The notes: generated by a model not told the origin, from the sequence alone. 64,000 bases of DNA from Octopus vulgaris (GCA_951406725.2 OX597821.1:29946001-30010000); one strand, 5' to 3'; shown: positions 1 through 12,961, numbered from the stretch's first letter. A program made the numbers and translations.

Positions 1-15
1 TATATATATATATAC

Positions 16-91
<76 letters not shown>
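1..91. repeat. (TA)n microsatellite with occasional CA
   Basis: Direct reading. Confidence 0.98.
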
Positions 92-94
<3 letters not shown>

Positions 95-127
95 GGGAGT
101 AAATCCAAACTTACAGGAAAAAAAAAA
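91..127 (-). mobile_element. Short terminal fragment of the PLE-like family also at 55454-55690
   Basis: ATTAGGGAGTAAATCCAAACTTACAGG matches ATTAGGGAATAAATCCAAATTTACAGG at 55454; both abut (TA)n. Confidence 0.65.
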
Positions 128-139
128 TATATATATATA

Positions 140-262
140 TGAAGAAGAGCGTAGGCTCAAAACGTAAAAGACTTTTTCTATTCCTGAGCGTTATACTAAT
201 ACATCTGTTTGTTTTGTTCACCATCTGTCTTCTTCTTTTGTTATTTTTCGTAAACTCTCCCT
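140..262 (+). mobile_element. PLE-like terminal fragment with a hammerhead-like motif
   Basis: Reverse-complement match to 54195-54315; TGAAGA-A-GAGC-GTAG-GCTC-(A)AAAC-GTA; embedded in (TA)n. Confidence 0.65.
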
Positions 263-505
263 ATATATATAGACACACGCACATAAACATACATACAGAC
301 ATATACAACAAATACATGTATCTACATCCATATGTTTTACATACCTGTCCATACATATTCCCACAATACCTGCGTACCAACATAAAGCACGCTCACGGAA
401 AAGCACAGATATAGATGCACCTGCATTTAATTTTTTGCGAATTCAGTCTTCACGGTGAAGTTCAAAAGTAAGCAGTAATTAACATAAAATGATTGTACAC
501 GCACG

Positions 506-537
<32 letters not shown>

Positions 538-797
538 CAGCAACGCACATGCACATGCCTTTTTATATGCATATATTTTCATGTATTTATATCATATTTT
601 GTAATCATCTAAACATGCACGTATATAGCTATGGCAAACTCGAGGGCAGAAACACGAACACCAATGAATTCACAGCCATACATTTATAGCTGTTTTTGCT
701 ATAAGATGCGCTTGACTCGTAACTGGGTGCTTGAATAACACCTTATTCAAACATGAAGTGCAGTTTATTTGGACAAAACAAACACATTTATTCATAT

Positions 798-1197
798 GGC
801 GCAGGAGTGGCTGTGCTAACCACATGGTTCCGGGTTCAGTCCCACTGCGTGGCATCTTGGGCAAGTGTCTACTGCTATAGCCCCGGGCCAACCAATGCCT
901 TGTGAGTGGATTTGGTAGACGGAAACTGAAAGAAGCCTGTCGTATATATGTATATATATATGTATGTATGTATGTCTGTTTGTGTGTCTGTGTTTGTCGC
1001 CCTAGCATTGCTTGACAACCGATGCTGGTGTGTTTACGTCCCCATCACTTAGCGGTTCGGCAAAAAGAGACCGATAGAATAAGTACTGGACTTACAAAGA
1101 ATAAGTCCCGGGGTCGATTTGCTCGACTAAAGGCGGTGCTCCAGCATAGCCGCAGTCAAATGACTGAAACAAGTAAATGAATAAAAGAATAAAAGAA
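798..1197 (+). mobile_element. tRNA-derived SINE family A (internal TA/TG microsatellite, TAAAAGA-repeat tail)
   Basis: B-box GGTTCAGTCCC; about 10 copies in the window; small deletion in the head. Confidence 0.92.
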
Positions 1198-1776
1198 TAT
1201 ACACAGGAAAACATTACCAATGAGTAAACTTTCATGTGGAGATTTCTTATAAATGGACCTTGCTATAACTGAATCAAATACTTTGATTTTCGAGACGTGA
1301 TTTTTTAAATCCATACACTACACTAGAATCCGTCCATTAACCAACTCACTCCTCATTTAACTACTGAAGAAGTTATCTTTCCCCTTTACAGATAATTTTC
1401 CTCTATTTTTGAGAGAAGAAAGAAGCGTACTAATTCTAGTTTTAGAACGTGTAGACCATGTACATATGAAATAATTAAAAATAACCAGCATGTATATACT
1501 ATATTTGTTTTAGGCATTTCCCCACAAGTGGACACACACATTTGTTTTTACAGTTAAAATTATATTTATTTTCATCACCCTTATACTTGTTATTGGCAGA
1601 AGTATTATGCATTCCGTCTACAGCATTTATTGCATTTTCAGGTGTTACTGTATGAATATTGGTTTTGAAATAGATTGAATAGGTGTGATATTGGATTCCC
1701 AGCTCAATTCATTTCATTAATGGAAATGATTGTTGGTCTCAGTTACCTCCCTTGTATTAGCCGCAGTAAATTATTT

Positions 1777-1811
1777 ACTACAACAACTACAACAACAACT
1801 ACTACTACTGT

Positions 1812-1857
<46 letters not shown>

Positions 1858-1906
1858 GCTACTATTACTGCTACTACTGCTACTACTGCTATTGCTACTA
1901 CTACAG

Positions 1907-1977
<71 letters not shown>

Positions 1978-1978
1978 G
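1777..1978. repeat. (CTA/CAA/CTG)n trinucleotide repeat
   Basis: Direct reading; source of the poly-T/L/S ORFs. Confidence 0.97.
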
Positions 1979-2223
1979 TTACACAGAACTGCTACAGATC
2001 CAACTTTTCTGATTTCTCTATTGACGTTCTCCTTCAGTTGCACCAGGGTCTCCGGTTTGTTGAACTTTTGTACTGAACTCAGAACGTAAAGACGGACGAA
2101 ATGATATATTAAAACGTACATGTTACACATATAGAAATGCATACGTATTCATATATATTTAGATTTTAAAAAATCTCTCCTAGCTGCATGAAAATGGAAA
2201 TTAAACAATATATAACAAAATAT

Positions 2224-2588
2224 TTTACTCTCTTTACTCTCTCTATTTTCTCTTTTACTTGTTTCAGTCATTTGACTGCGGCCATGCTGGAGCACCACCT
2301 TTTAGTACTTATTCTATCGGTCTCTTTTTGCCGAACCGCTAAGTGACGGGGACCTAAACACACCAGCATCGGTTGTCAAGCAATGCTAGGGGGACAAACA
2401 CAGACACACAAACACACACACATATACATATACGACAGGCTTCTTTCAGTTTCCGTCTACCAAATCCACTCACAAGGCATTGGTCGGCCCGGGGCTATAG
2501 CAGAAGACACTTGCCCAAGATGCCACGCAGTGGGACTGAACCCACAACCGTGTGGTTGGTTAGCAAGCTACTTACCACACAGCCACTC
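2224..2588 (-). mobile_element. SINE family A
   Basis: Reverse complement of 798-1197/42357-42748, with A-box TGGCTGTGTGG and B-box GGTTCAGTCCC. Confidence 0.92.
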
Positions 2589-3124
2589 ATTCATTTATTT
2601 ATCAGGATTTGGTATATTTTTGTTGAAAAATTATGCAGCGGATTACACAAACAACTCAAGTTGAATTAAATAGCAGCATATATTTTATTCACGGTTTACG
2701 CTTAACTTACAAATGGACATTATGGTTTAATGGTAAAAATCTAGAGAATATTTCGGTTTCAAAAGGATTGAAAGAGAAATTAAGTTTAGAAAAACTAACT
2801 CGCGTGTTGTAACACAAGGATATTGATACTTGATATGTTTCTAATTAAATCGACTAAGCATGCAAAATGTCTAACTTTATCCGTAGAGTATTTCAAGTAT
2901 TAATATGAATATCTTGCATGCTCTCTCTCTCTCTCTCTCTTTACTTCTCTGACCCTCTCTCTCTTTCTACCATTCTTTCTCTCTCTCTCTCTCATTCACT
3001 CTCTCTTTGTCTGTCTGTCTGGAAGATAACAGAAGATGTCATATGATAAGTTCATATGTTACTATGTTAGTGTGCTAAATTGACTGAAATGACACATTTT
3101 CAAACATCAATATTAGTGGGTAGA

Positions 3125-3290
3125 TAAGGAAGTGAGCATGCCGGATGAAATGTTTAGTGACATTTCGTCCGACTTCACGTTCTGAGTTCAAATTCTGCGG
3201 AGGTCGACTTTGACTTTCATCCTTATGGAGACAATAGAATAAGTACCAGTTCGAAATTACTGGCCTTGGGCCAAAATTTGAAATCAGTAG
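3125..3290 (+). mobile_element. SINE family B (Meta/MESC-like central domain), degenerate
   Basis: GAGTTCAAATTC B-box followed by GTCGACTTTGACTTTCATCCTT...AATAAGTACCAG. Confidence 0.8.
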
Positions 3291-3320
3291 TAATGGGTAG
3301 GTAATGTATATTACATTTCC

Positions 3321-3394
3321 GGGCATATGGCGTAGTGGTTAAGAGCGCGATCTACTAACCCCAAGATTCCGAAATCGATTCCAGGCAGTGACCC

Positions 3395-3463
<69 letters not shown>

Positions 3464-3636
3464 TAATAATAATAATAATAATAATAACAACATCGAAAAA
3501 TACCTTAGGAATGAGAGCCCAGGTTCGAAATTTCCCCAAAACACCCGATGAAGGCTGGAGGGTATATCAGCCGAAACTTTGCGTTAACAACAAACAAAAT
3601 GTGGACAAATATCCGTCAATTGTAAATAATGTAAAT
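3321..3636 (+). mobile_element. Chimeric SINE-like element: tRNA head + (AAT)n + PLE-like tail with a degenerate minimal hammerhead
   Basis: A-box TGGCGTAGTGG 3328-3338; B-box-like GAAATCGATTCC 3371-3382; (AAT)n 3396-3487; AACAC-CCGATGA-A-GGCTG-N10-CAGCC-GAAAC-TTT-GCGTT at 3540-3585. Confidence 0.7.
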
Positions 3637-3745
3637 TTCGTTTGTTTTAGTAAATCCATTTACACACAGATTTTATTACTAAAGAACAACAAAATTTGTG
3701 TGTAATCTTACGATTTGATATAAATATATATATATCTGTGTAGTT

Positions 3746-3960
3746 TTTTATTCTTTTATTCTTCTATTTGTTTCAGTCATTTTGATTGCGGCCATGCTGG
3801 AGCACCGCCTTTGATCGTACAAATCGACCCCAGGACTTATACTTTGTAAGCCTAGTACTTATTCTGTCGATCTCTTTGCCGAACCGCTAAGTTTACGGGG
3901 ACATAAACACGCCAACATGGTGGCGAGACAAACAAAGACATACAAACATAAGCACAAACA
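3746..3960 (-). mobile_element. SINE family A, 3' half only
   Basis: TGTTTCAGTCATT..GCGGCCATGCTGGAGCACCGCC; ends at the internal microsatellite. Confidence 0.85.
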
Positions 3961-3971
3961 TATATACATAT

Positions 3972-4027
<56 letters not shown>

Positions 4028-4460
4028 GGTACTGTAAATTTAGTGTAAGCACCTGTATATGCCAGATAGTGGCAGAGGTGAGAGAGAACATATCAAATAA
4101 AATTAAAATCAGAACACAAAGGATATCGCGGTACACGTGTTTCAAGTTTTATAAACAATCCGTTATTACATCAGTGCATTATTGATATAAAAGATGGTTT
4201 AAAGCTCTTTTCAGCCGCAAATATTGGTAGTCCAAAGAATTACACCACAATATAAAACATATGAGACGTAGATGTAGTATTATCCATTATAATAGGTTTA
4301 TCATATCTCCTTGAAAGAATGTATTTGTAAAATTTCCTCACTGTATAATTGTTTAAAGATATATTGGATTTCGAAAATCTGCCCATACTGTATCACCAAT
4401 CCGCATGAGTGAGTGAATATATATATATATATAGATAGATAGATAGATAGATAGATATAC

Positions 4461-4508
<48 letters not shown>

Positions 4509-4939
4509 GTTACAGCAAAGTACGATTTGTGATGCTAGAGTACATATATATAAGAAAAATATAAACATATTTGTATACATCCACAAATGTTTATAAATTG
4601 TATGTACATATGTGTAAGCGTATATAATCGTACACAGACACACATATGTATGTATGCATGTTGCTTTTGGATGTATAAATACATAACATACACTTTGATT
4701 CATAGATACGCAGTACGTGCATATATACATACGCACATGCTCACGCACAAATGCACACACATAAGCATATAAATGGCATTCATATAAGCGGCACAGATAA
4801 AAAATAAACACAAATACACTTATCACAAAATATATTTTTCTCCATCTATCTAATTATCTCACTTCCGCTGACATCACTGTCGAATTTCCCTCTCGATCCC
4901 CCTATACATTTGTCTTCCGTTTACTGTCTCTATTACAAT

Positions 4940-4969
4940 CTATATATATAAATATATATATATATGTAA

Positions 4970-5001
<32 letters not shown>

Positions 5002-5067
5002 ATATGTATGAATGTATATATGCATGTATATATATATATATGTATATGTGTATATGTATATATATAC

Positions 5068-5161
<94 letters not shown>

Positions 5162-5584
5162 CATATATATATCTATATATATATACATATACATTTCTTC
5201 TAATATATAATAACTGTACATCATCTCCAAACCTTCCAATATATATATATAAAACAGAAAACTAACATAGGTTGGTAATTTGATAGATAAAGAAACGTAT
5301 TTCTAATTTCAGTGTGTTTGCATGTCTTGGTACGTTTGCGTGTCTTTAAACTTGTTAAAGCGGAATTTTCTCCTCAAGATGTGTATGGAGAGTTTACCTA
5401 TTTGTACGCGCACAGCTGTATGTATATATATGTGCGCGCATGAGAAAGTTTAGATACATATATATGTAAATACATAGGTACGCATATGTATGTTTATATG
5501 TATATATATGTATAAATGCATATATACATATATACATAAATGTATATATGCATATATGTATATACATAAATGTATATGTATAAG

Positions 5585-5615
<31 letters not shown>

Positions 5616-5854
5616 CTATATATATATACAGCCACACACACACACACGCACGCACACATACACACATACACGCACGCACACATACACACATATATATATA
5701 TATATGCATACACACACATATTCATCTATATGGATGTATGTATGTATGTATACACTTAACTGCGAATGACTTTCCTGCTATGCGCTACCGCTCGACTGAA
5801 TCGAGATTCCTTATGCTTTGGAGTTAATTCAATAAATGCACCTACGTTAATGGA

Positions 5855-5925
<71 letters not shown>

Positions 5926-6123
5926 CATACATATATATGTGTGTGTGTGTATATATATGTATATATATATGCATACATATATATATATATACACGTGTGT
6001 GTGTATGTGCATACGTATGTCTATATATGTACGTATATGCATGCATGTTTGTGTATCTATATCTGCCTATCTATACATATATGTATATAATTTCCTATAT
6101 ATACACACATACGGGCATTTGTT

Positions 6124-6178
<55 letters not shown>

Positions 6179-6203
6179 TAGATAGATAGATAGATAGATA
6201 GAT
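4940..6203. repeat. Compound (TA)n/(CA)n/(TATG)n microsatellite field with short unique spacers
   Basis: Direct reading. Confidence 0.93.
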
Positions 6204-6390
6204 GAGCATATAAATATACCTGCTTATACATTCACATACGCGCTTAAATGTACTTTTGTTGATGAGCTCGTTAGACTTGAAACGGTGATATGGAATCGAT
6301 TCTTGAACAGCGCGGGAATCTCTGCAGTTCTCTCAATCTTTGGGCACAGATACGCGCGCGCACACCTACACAAACACACATACACACACA

Positions 6391-6427
<37 letters not shown>

Positions 6428-6701
6428 CCTCTATCTCTGTGTGTCCTCCAGAATATGACATAAACATACAGAATGCAACGTTCTTCAAGAAGCAGTAAGG
6501 CGCTGAACTTGCAGAAGCGTTTGTACACTGGACAAACTGCTCAGGGCTATTTCATCTGTTTGTACGTTATTTTCCAAAGTCCACGGAGCACGGTTGAGCA
6601 CTAGGATTGATGAAATCAACGAGCTCCCTTGACTGGAATTGCTGGCCTTGTGCCACAATTTGAAATTATTGTTTCCTTCCACATGACGTTAAGGCTAAAT
6701 A

Positions 6702-7437
6702 TTTGTTCCTCCCATAAATAATGCGGTCTTTCTATACTTCTTTTATATTTCAAAATTAAGATAAAGAAAGTCCTTTTTTAATCTAAAATATACTCTCCTT
6801 CATTTTCTACAACGATCTTCCATCTGGTAGACTTGCAAGGCTCCTCTTCCAAACTTCACTTGTCCCTGACGAAAGATACTCCTCCAGTACTGTTCCTGAC
6901 CTCGTCGACAGAATTGGTAATTTTTCTGTCCGAATAATTTTGAAGACTGCGTAATAAATGATAATCAGATAGGGCAATCTCCGGCGAATATGGTAGGTGG
7001 AGCATCGTTTCTCATTCAAACTGCTCCAGTCTTTCGCATGTCTTCCTCGCTGTAGGTGAGCGAGCATTATCCTAATGGAAGGACACCTTTGGTCTTGCAG
7101 CCAAAGATGGTCGTTTTTCTTCTAACGTCGACTTAAGCTGCTCAAGCTGCTCGCAGTAGATCTCCATTGTTATCGTTTGGTTTGGGTTTAAAAGTCCAGT
7201 TGACTAAACCTTTCATATCCCACCAAACAGATAACAATATTTTACGTGGGTGAAGACCTTCTTTATCCTGGGGTGCTGGTGTTTCTCCTTTCCCTGCCCA
7301 CTGTCTTCGGCGCTTGATATTTTTATAGAGAACTTATCGGCTTTTATAGCAAGTTGAAGCAGGCACTTTATCCCGTCTCCTTCCGACTTTTAGGTCATGC
7401 AATTAAAAAAAACCCCATTAATTATGTGATGATTCAA
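6702..7437 (-). mobile_element. Internally deleted mariner transposon remnant
   Basis: Minus-strand peptides GLHPRKILLSVWWDMKG and PPYSPEIALSDYHLLRSLQN; degenerate TIRs (TTTGTTCCTCCCATAAATAATGCGG / CCCCATTAATTATGTGATGATTCAA) flanked by TA. Confidence 0.85.
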
Positions 7438-7961
7438 TATATAGCCATGATCTGAAAATGCAAAATCACTGAGTGGGTGGAATGGGTTTATGCAAATATT
7501 TGATCAGGCAGTTTAGAGAGTGATGTTTCTTGTTTACAGTGAGTATATCTCGGTTCTTTGTTGTTGTCTTTGACCATCGTCACCGTCCCTAGCATTTTGG
7601 TAGTGTTTCTCTTCATCTCTTGATTGTAGTTACTGAGAGTATTGTTACTGGTGCAGGGATTTTCCTGATTGCTAGACTTTTCTTATAGAATTATATTGCG
7701 TATAAGACTGTAATATGTAGGCAGTTTAGTTGGAGTTTCGTGAGGTTTAATTGGAGATAAAAGCAGATTATACGTATATACATGTGTGTATGTGTGTGTG
7801 TACGCGCACGTGTCTATCTGTCTGTCTGTCTGTGTTATAAGCCCTTACTTACGCTATACACAGATACTTGTCCTAATTCACTTCTTCCATCTTCGTCCTC
7901 GCTCCTCCTATGCTTCCTGCTCCTTTCACTTCCACATCCTCCGTCTGTTCTTCCTTCTGAC

Positions 7962-7988
7962 ACTACAACAACAACAACAACAACAACA

Positions 7989-8030
<42 letters not shown>

Positions 8031-8040
8031 GCTGCTGCTG

Positions 8041-8078
<38 letters not shown>

Positions 8079-8174
8079 GTTGCTGCTACTACTACTACTA
8101 CTGCTGCTGCTACTACTACTGCTTCTGCTGCTGCTACAACTATTACTACCACCACCACCACCACCACCACCACC

Positions 8175-8218
<44 letters not shown>

Positions 8219-8219
8219 A
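7962..8219. repeat. Compound (CAA)(CTA)(CTG)(CCA) trinucleotide repeat
   Basis: Direct reading. Confidence 0.97.
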
Positions 8220-8749
8220 TTTTTGCTTCCCTGAACTCGCAAGCTCTGTATTATATCTATCTGAATCTAAGCGATACTTCCCTTTGGCAATCTTATCTGA
8301 TATGAAACGTACCAATGAATATGGTAGCTACAACTCCCTCTAATCACATCCCATCTCACCGTCTTAGTAAAGAATACATAAGACCTGTGACTATACTTAC
8401 ACTGAATATAAGAAAAAGAAATATAAGATGCTCAAGTCGGGACTATCTTCAGTCACCAGTGTCTTCAAACAGAGTCTGGGTCTCGAGATGGGATCCTCTT
8501 CGGATCTTAAGGCCTTTGTCCCACACATGCCTCGCTCTCTGGGCAGGGCATCAGTTAGTCGCAGAGTTAACGTGCGAATGCTTGTAAATATTTTCAGCTG
8601 AGTGTAAAAGAGTAACGTAAAATGAAGTTCTTTGCTCAAGGAAACAACACGTCCAATAATCGAAGGCAGACTTAATGATCACAAGATGAACATTTCCAAC
8701 CACTTGTCCACGTACCTCCACTCTGGCGCTAAAAAAACAACAATTAGGT

Positions 8750-8992
8750 CCTTTCTCTCAGCCGTAGGCTTAAAAGCCCAGTCTCCTGGATTCAGTGGCG
8801 TATATATTCCTCCCGAGAACAGAACCTGTCCATCGCTGGATTACTCAGTTTTGCCAGCTGAATGGACAGGAGCAACGTGAAATAAGTAAAGTGTGGTGCT
8901 GCGGAACATAACGCATGGCCCGGTCGAGGAACTAAAACCTCAATCTTATAATCGCGACTGCAATACCGTAACCACTAAGCCACCTGCCTCCG
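8750..8992 (-). mobile_element. Degenerate tRNA-derived SINE with a V-domain-like 3' part
   Basis: Minus-strand head GGAGGCAGGTGGCTTAGTGGTTA; 3' part CCAGCGATGGACAGG...TATACGCCA resembles that of 36252-36552. Confidence 0.65.
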
Positions 8993-9213
8993 CAAACAGC
9001 AACTATAGTATCCTATATATCGTAAATTCGGTGTGATATCACTGAATATCTCGTGATTTGTTAAATGATACAGGAGAAAACAAATACTATCCCAATGTCA
9101 TGTTCCATCTTCAGAGTTGAATATGAGATTGACAGTGCAGTATTATGGATATCGCATTAATCATAGCGATTTAACAACGTAGAGGAATAAAGGTGAATCT
9201 TTCTCTCTCTGGA

Positions 9214-9249
<36 letters not shown>

Positions 9250-10224
9250 TATGTATATGATGAGAAAGAGAGAGAGGAAGTGATACGTGGAGAAGAGAGA
9301 ATGTGTGTATATATATTTTGTCTACATGCTCGTGCATATGTGCGTTCTCACTCGTCGTCTGTGTGTCCTTAGATATACAAAGAAAGGGAATGTGTGAAAG
9401 GGTGTTTTTGAGAAGAATGAGGGAGAGAGAGAGAGTGTGTGTGAGAGAGAGAATGAGAGGGAGAAATAAAGAGAGGGAGATGAATTAGGAGAGAGAGAGA
9501 GAGAGGGGGGAGGGAAAGTAAACAGAAATAGATTAGGAGATAAAATGAAAAACTTGATAGCGGATTGCCAAATGAAATGAGTACAACATGTAGTTTATTG
9601 GTGTTTACAATGTTAGCATAACTTCATCGCACAGCCAACCACTTTTCGCTCTTACACCCCTAAGAATTAGTACGAAACTAAAGTGTTTGTTTATTGATAC
9701 GTTGAAAGAAAGGACACGTGATAACTAACAAAGAGACGACAGCCTTTCACATTCACCGGAAATCTCGAGATAAAGCTGTCACGTTGAGTGAGGTCATTGA
9801 TTGTACAGTGAATAAGAAGTAACATACGTCCAATAATGATATTTTCCTTCAGAATATCCATCAACACTCAATATTAAAGGTATATTTTTCTTGTAAGCCA
9901 TTGTGTTATTCCGTCCATCCTCCGCCCTTGCAGGATGGACGGAAGTAGAAGTTTAAACTTGATCTCGAAGCCTGGATAGGAACAATTATTAATAACAACT
10001 GTATTTGTAATGTAGGTCGAAGTAAATAGATAAAGGGATTAAAATAATTTGTAACAACTATACCAACAGTAAGAAAAATGATGAGAATGATATGCGTGCT
10101 GAGAGATGAGAAAAACTCGTTCGCATGATGTGCGCGCGCGCGCGTGTGTGTGGTTATATAAGGATATAATTTAGATTATTTAAATTAAGTATGATGTATT
10201 TTATTGTGGATATGCTTTCGTTCT

Positions 10225-10785
10225 CCTGCAGGGTGTCCAACAAACACCCGACTCACAAAGCAAGCCTGGTGGGGTTGCCAGTTTAGTCGCCGACAACCCG
10301 ACCATGTAACAGGTTGTACTGGATTACATGGTACCAGTAGCACTCAAGTGACCTGCAGGACAAAAGAAATAAGACCTGTCAAAGGGCGGAAGAACTACAG
10401 CGTAGTCAACGGCCATCCAACGCTCTGCTGCCTTGTAGATAGACTTTTTAGTCAAAGGCTCCGGGTGGGGTCTCCTAAGCTAACCCCCTCCTCCGGCCTA
10501 GGCAACCGGGTAGTATACGCCTACTGAAAACCATGGATCCTTTTCTCTCTTTCGCCATGGTTTGGATGGCATGGGCAGGAGGGGCTCGTCAGCCATGGTT
10601 GGCAACCCTCCTAGGAGAAGAATAACTCCGACTTCAAACCTACGGCCCGAGGATATCGCTGTCACCGTCCCAGCTCGCTAGGCTATGGCAGATGAACCTC
10701 GTGCTTAAAGGCTGGGGCCAGTTTGCGCGCACTGCACTTCACCTTAAAAAGCTCCCTAGCGCAGGCCAAAGGACAACAAAAAAAG
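10225..10785 (+). mobile_element. ~560-bp GC-rich noncoding retroposon, possibly derived from an RTE 5' UTR
   Basis: 11-bp direct repeat GCTTTCGTTCT at 10214-10224 and 10786-10796; ACAACAAAAAAAG tail; GGCAACCCTCCTAGGAGAAGAATAACTC..TTCAAACC resembles RTE 5' UTR motifs (from recall). Confidence 0.7.
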
Positions 10786-10937
10786 GCTTTCGTTCTGCTC
10801 ACGATTTAGTGACAGCTACTGTACTTTCTACACTGGAACATTGTGCTCATGCATTATCATACCTACTATTCTCTCATATTAAATTAAAGATATATGAAAA
10901 CAGTAATATTTGTTAAAGCGTTAGCAATAGCAATATA

Positions 10938-12350
10938 TGAAGGTGGGCTGAAAAGTTCAAGGCTGATTATCAAGGAGAGATGCAAGAGCTGTGAAATCTT
11001 GCATGTGTTATTTCCAGCTCTTCTAATTAATAACTGTATTGTTTTATTCCAGCTAAACTGGGCAAAATTATTTGGCATCGTGATATCATCAAGTACAATA
11101 ATCCATCGACTATCGCGGATGTTATGTTCCAAAACCTTCCATAGAAATAATTGAAAACTAAAATCATAAAAACTTATCGGGCGCAGGAACCCGGATTTAC
11201 TGAATCTGCGATGTACTGAGTGCGCGATAGGTGAACCGCGTTGTACTGAGTGCACGATAGGTGAACCGTGATTTAGCGAGGCATTACTGTACCTGCACAA
11301 ATGGGTTTAGCTCCCAAGAACATTCATGCTGATATGGTAGCTACATTAGCAGATGATGTTCCAGTTTTTACAAATAATGCAAAAATGGGCCGCTGAATTT
11401 AGGATGGGAATAGAGAGTTGAAGATGACCCAAAGTGGAATGCCCTAAAATTGCTACCACCAAGGAAAACATTGATCATGTTTATCACATTTTGAGGTGAT
11501 TAACTATAAATCATATAGCCAATGCAATTAGCATATCCTGTGAGGGAGTTGAGAATATTCTACCCAATGAAGTTGGCATTAGGAACATTTCTGCTTGGTG
11601 GGTTCATGTTTTTAGACACCTGATCAAAAGCGCAACAGGTTTATCACATCACGGGAAATCCTGACAATGTTTCAGACAAATCCAGCTGGTTTCCTTGAGC
11701 GTTTGCTAAGCCAGGATGAGAGTTGGGGTCACCATTTTTCAGCCAGAGACAAAGACACAATTTATGCAGTAGAAACATCTGCCTCAAAGAAGGTCAAAGT
11801 TTTAATCTGCAGGGAAGGTAATGGGCTCAATATTTTGGGACATGAAACGTATTGTGTTTATTGGCTATCTTCAAAAGGACCATACCATAAATGGAGAATA
11901 CTCTGACAACTTGCTGAGGCAGTTACAAAAGGCTATCAAGGCCAAGCTTCCAGGAAAACCGGCGAAAGGATTCGCGTTTCATCATGATAATGCTCCAGCA
12001 TACAATATGTTAGTTTCAATGCCTGCTGTGCCTGACTGTGGTTTTCAACTGGTTGCTCATCCTCCCTATTCTCCTTATTTGGCCTAATCTGACTATTATA
12101 TGTTCTCCTACATGAAATGACACTTGGCTGGGAACATATATGGTAATGATGATGATGATGATGTCATATTCGTTGTTGACATTTTTGACCAGTTGGATGC
12201 AAGTTTCCGTATTAATGAGATCCAAACAATGCAACACCGATGGGAGAAGCGTGTGAACCGCAAGAGGGACTATGTTGAAAAATAAACCTCATTTACTTAC
12301 ATTCCATGAGAGTATCTTAGTGAGACTATGAACATTTCAGTCGACCCTCG
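10938..12350 (+). mobile_element. Near full-length decayed mariner (DD34D) transposon
   Basis: TIR-like TGAAGGTGGGCTGAAAAGTTCA / TGAACATTTCAGTCGACCCTCG; peptides LSQDESWGHHF, MGSIFWDMK, HHDNAPAY, HPPYSPYLA*SDY; frameshifts and stops. Confidence 0.92.
11096..11289. mobile_element. pogo/Tigger-like MITE nested in the mariner
   Basis: Imperfect TIRs CAATAATCCATCGACTATCGCGG / CCGTGATTTAGCGAGGCATTACTG with TA on both sides; removing it restores mariner HRDIIKYLHK; internal 30-bp tandem duplication at 11212-11270. Confidence 0.8.
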
Positions 12351-12961
12351 GACTGTAGCTGAATGATATTTTCAGTAGACTTTGCTTTCTATTCTGTTCC
12401 TTAATTCAAAGTGCTTACTTCTTGCTGAAGAGGCAAAATAATACATAACAATTAATATAATATCCAAAGCTGTTCTCGCTTGAGCCTGCAAATTCAGTAA
12501 TCACTACATTCGAATTCACATTATCTTTAGTATCAAACGTTTCAGAAAAATAATGATTCCAGAAGAAAGTGTATTTTTAATGATTCTCTATAAGCTTCCA
12601 TCAATGTTACTATTTTATCTGGGGAATTTCAACGGCGTCTGCTTGTAGAAGACAGAGAGAAAAATGTTGTTTTACCTCATGTAAATAAGATGGAAAGAGT
12701 AAACGAGGAATATTCCTTGCGGTTTCTCAGTCAGTCACAAACAGCAGCTCAGTTTTCAACTCACACTCCAGCTATTGTTCTAGAAAGAGGAAATGCATTG
12801 GTAGTCGAAGATACATTATGCTAGTAAAAAACAAAAAAATCAGAATAGTTGTGGCTGCAATGCTTTAGATTTAGAAATGGTGATGACGTCATGGATGAAA
12901 ACAACGACAATAATGATGACAGCATCATTTCATTATTTACAGCAACATATATGACATGAAA

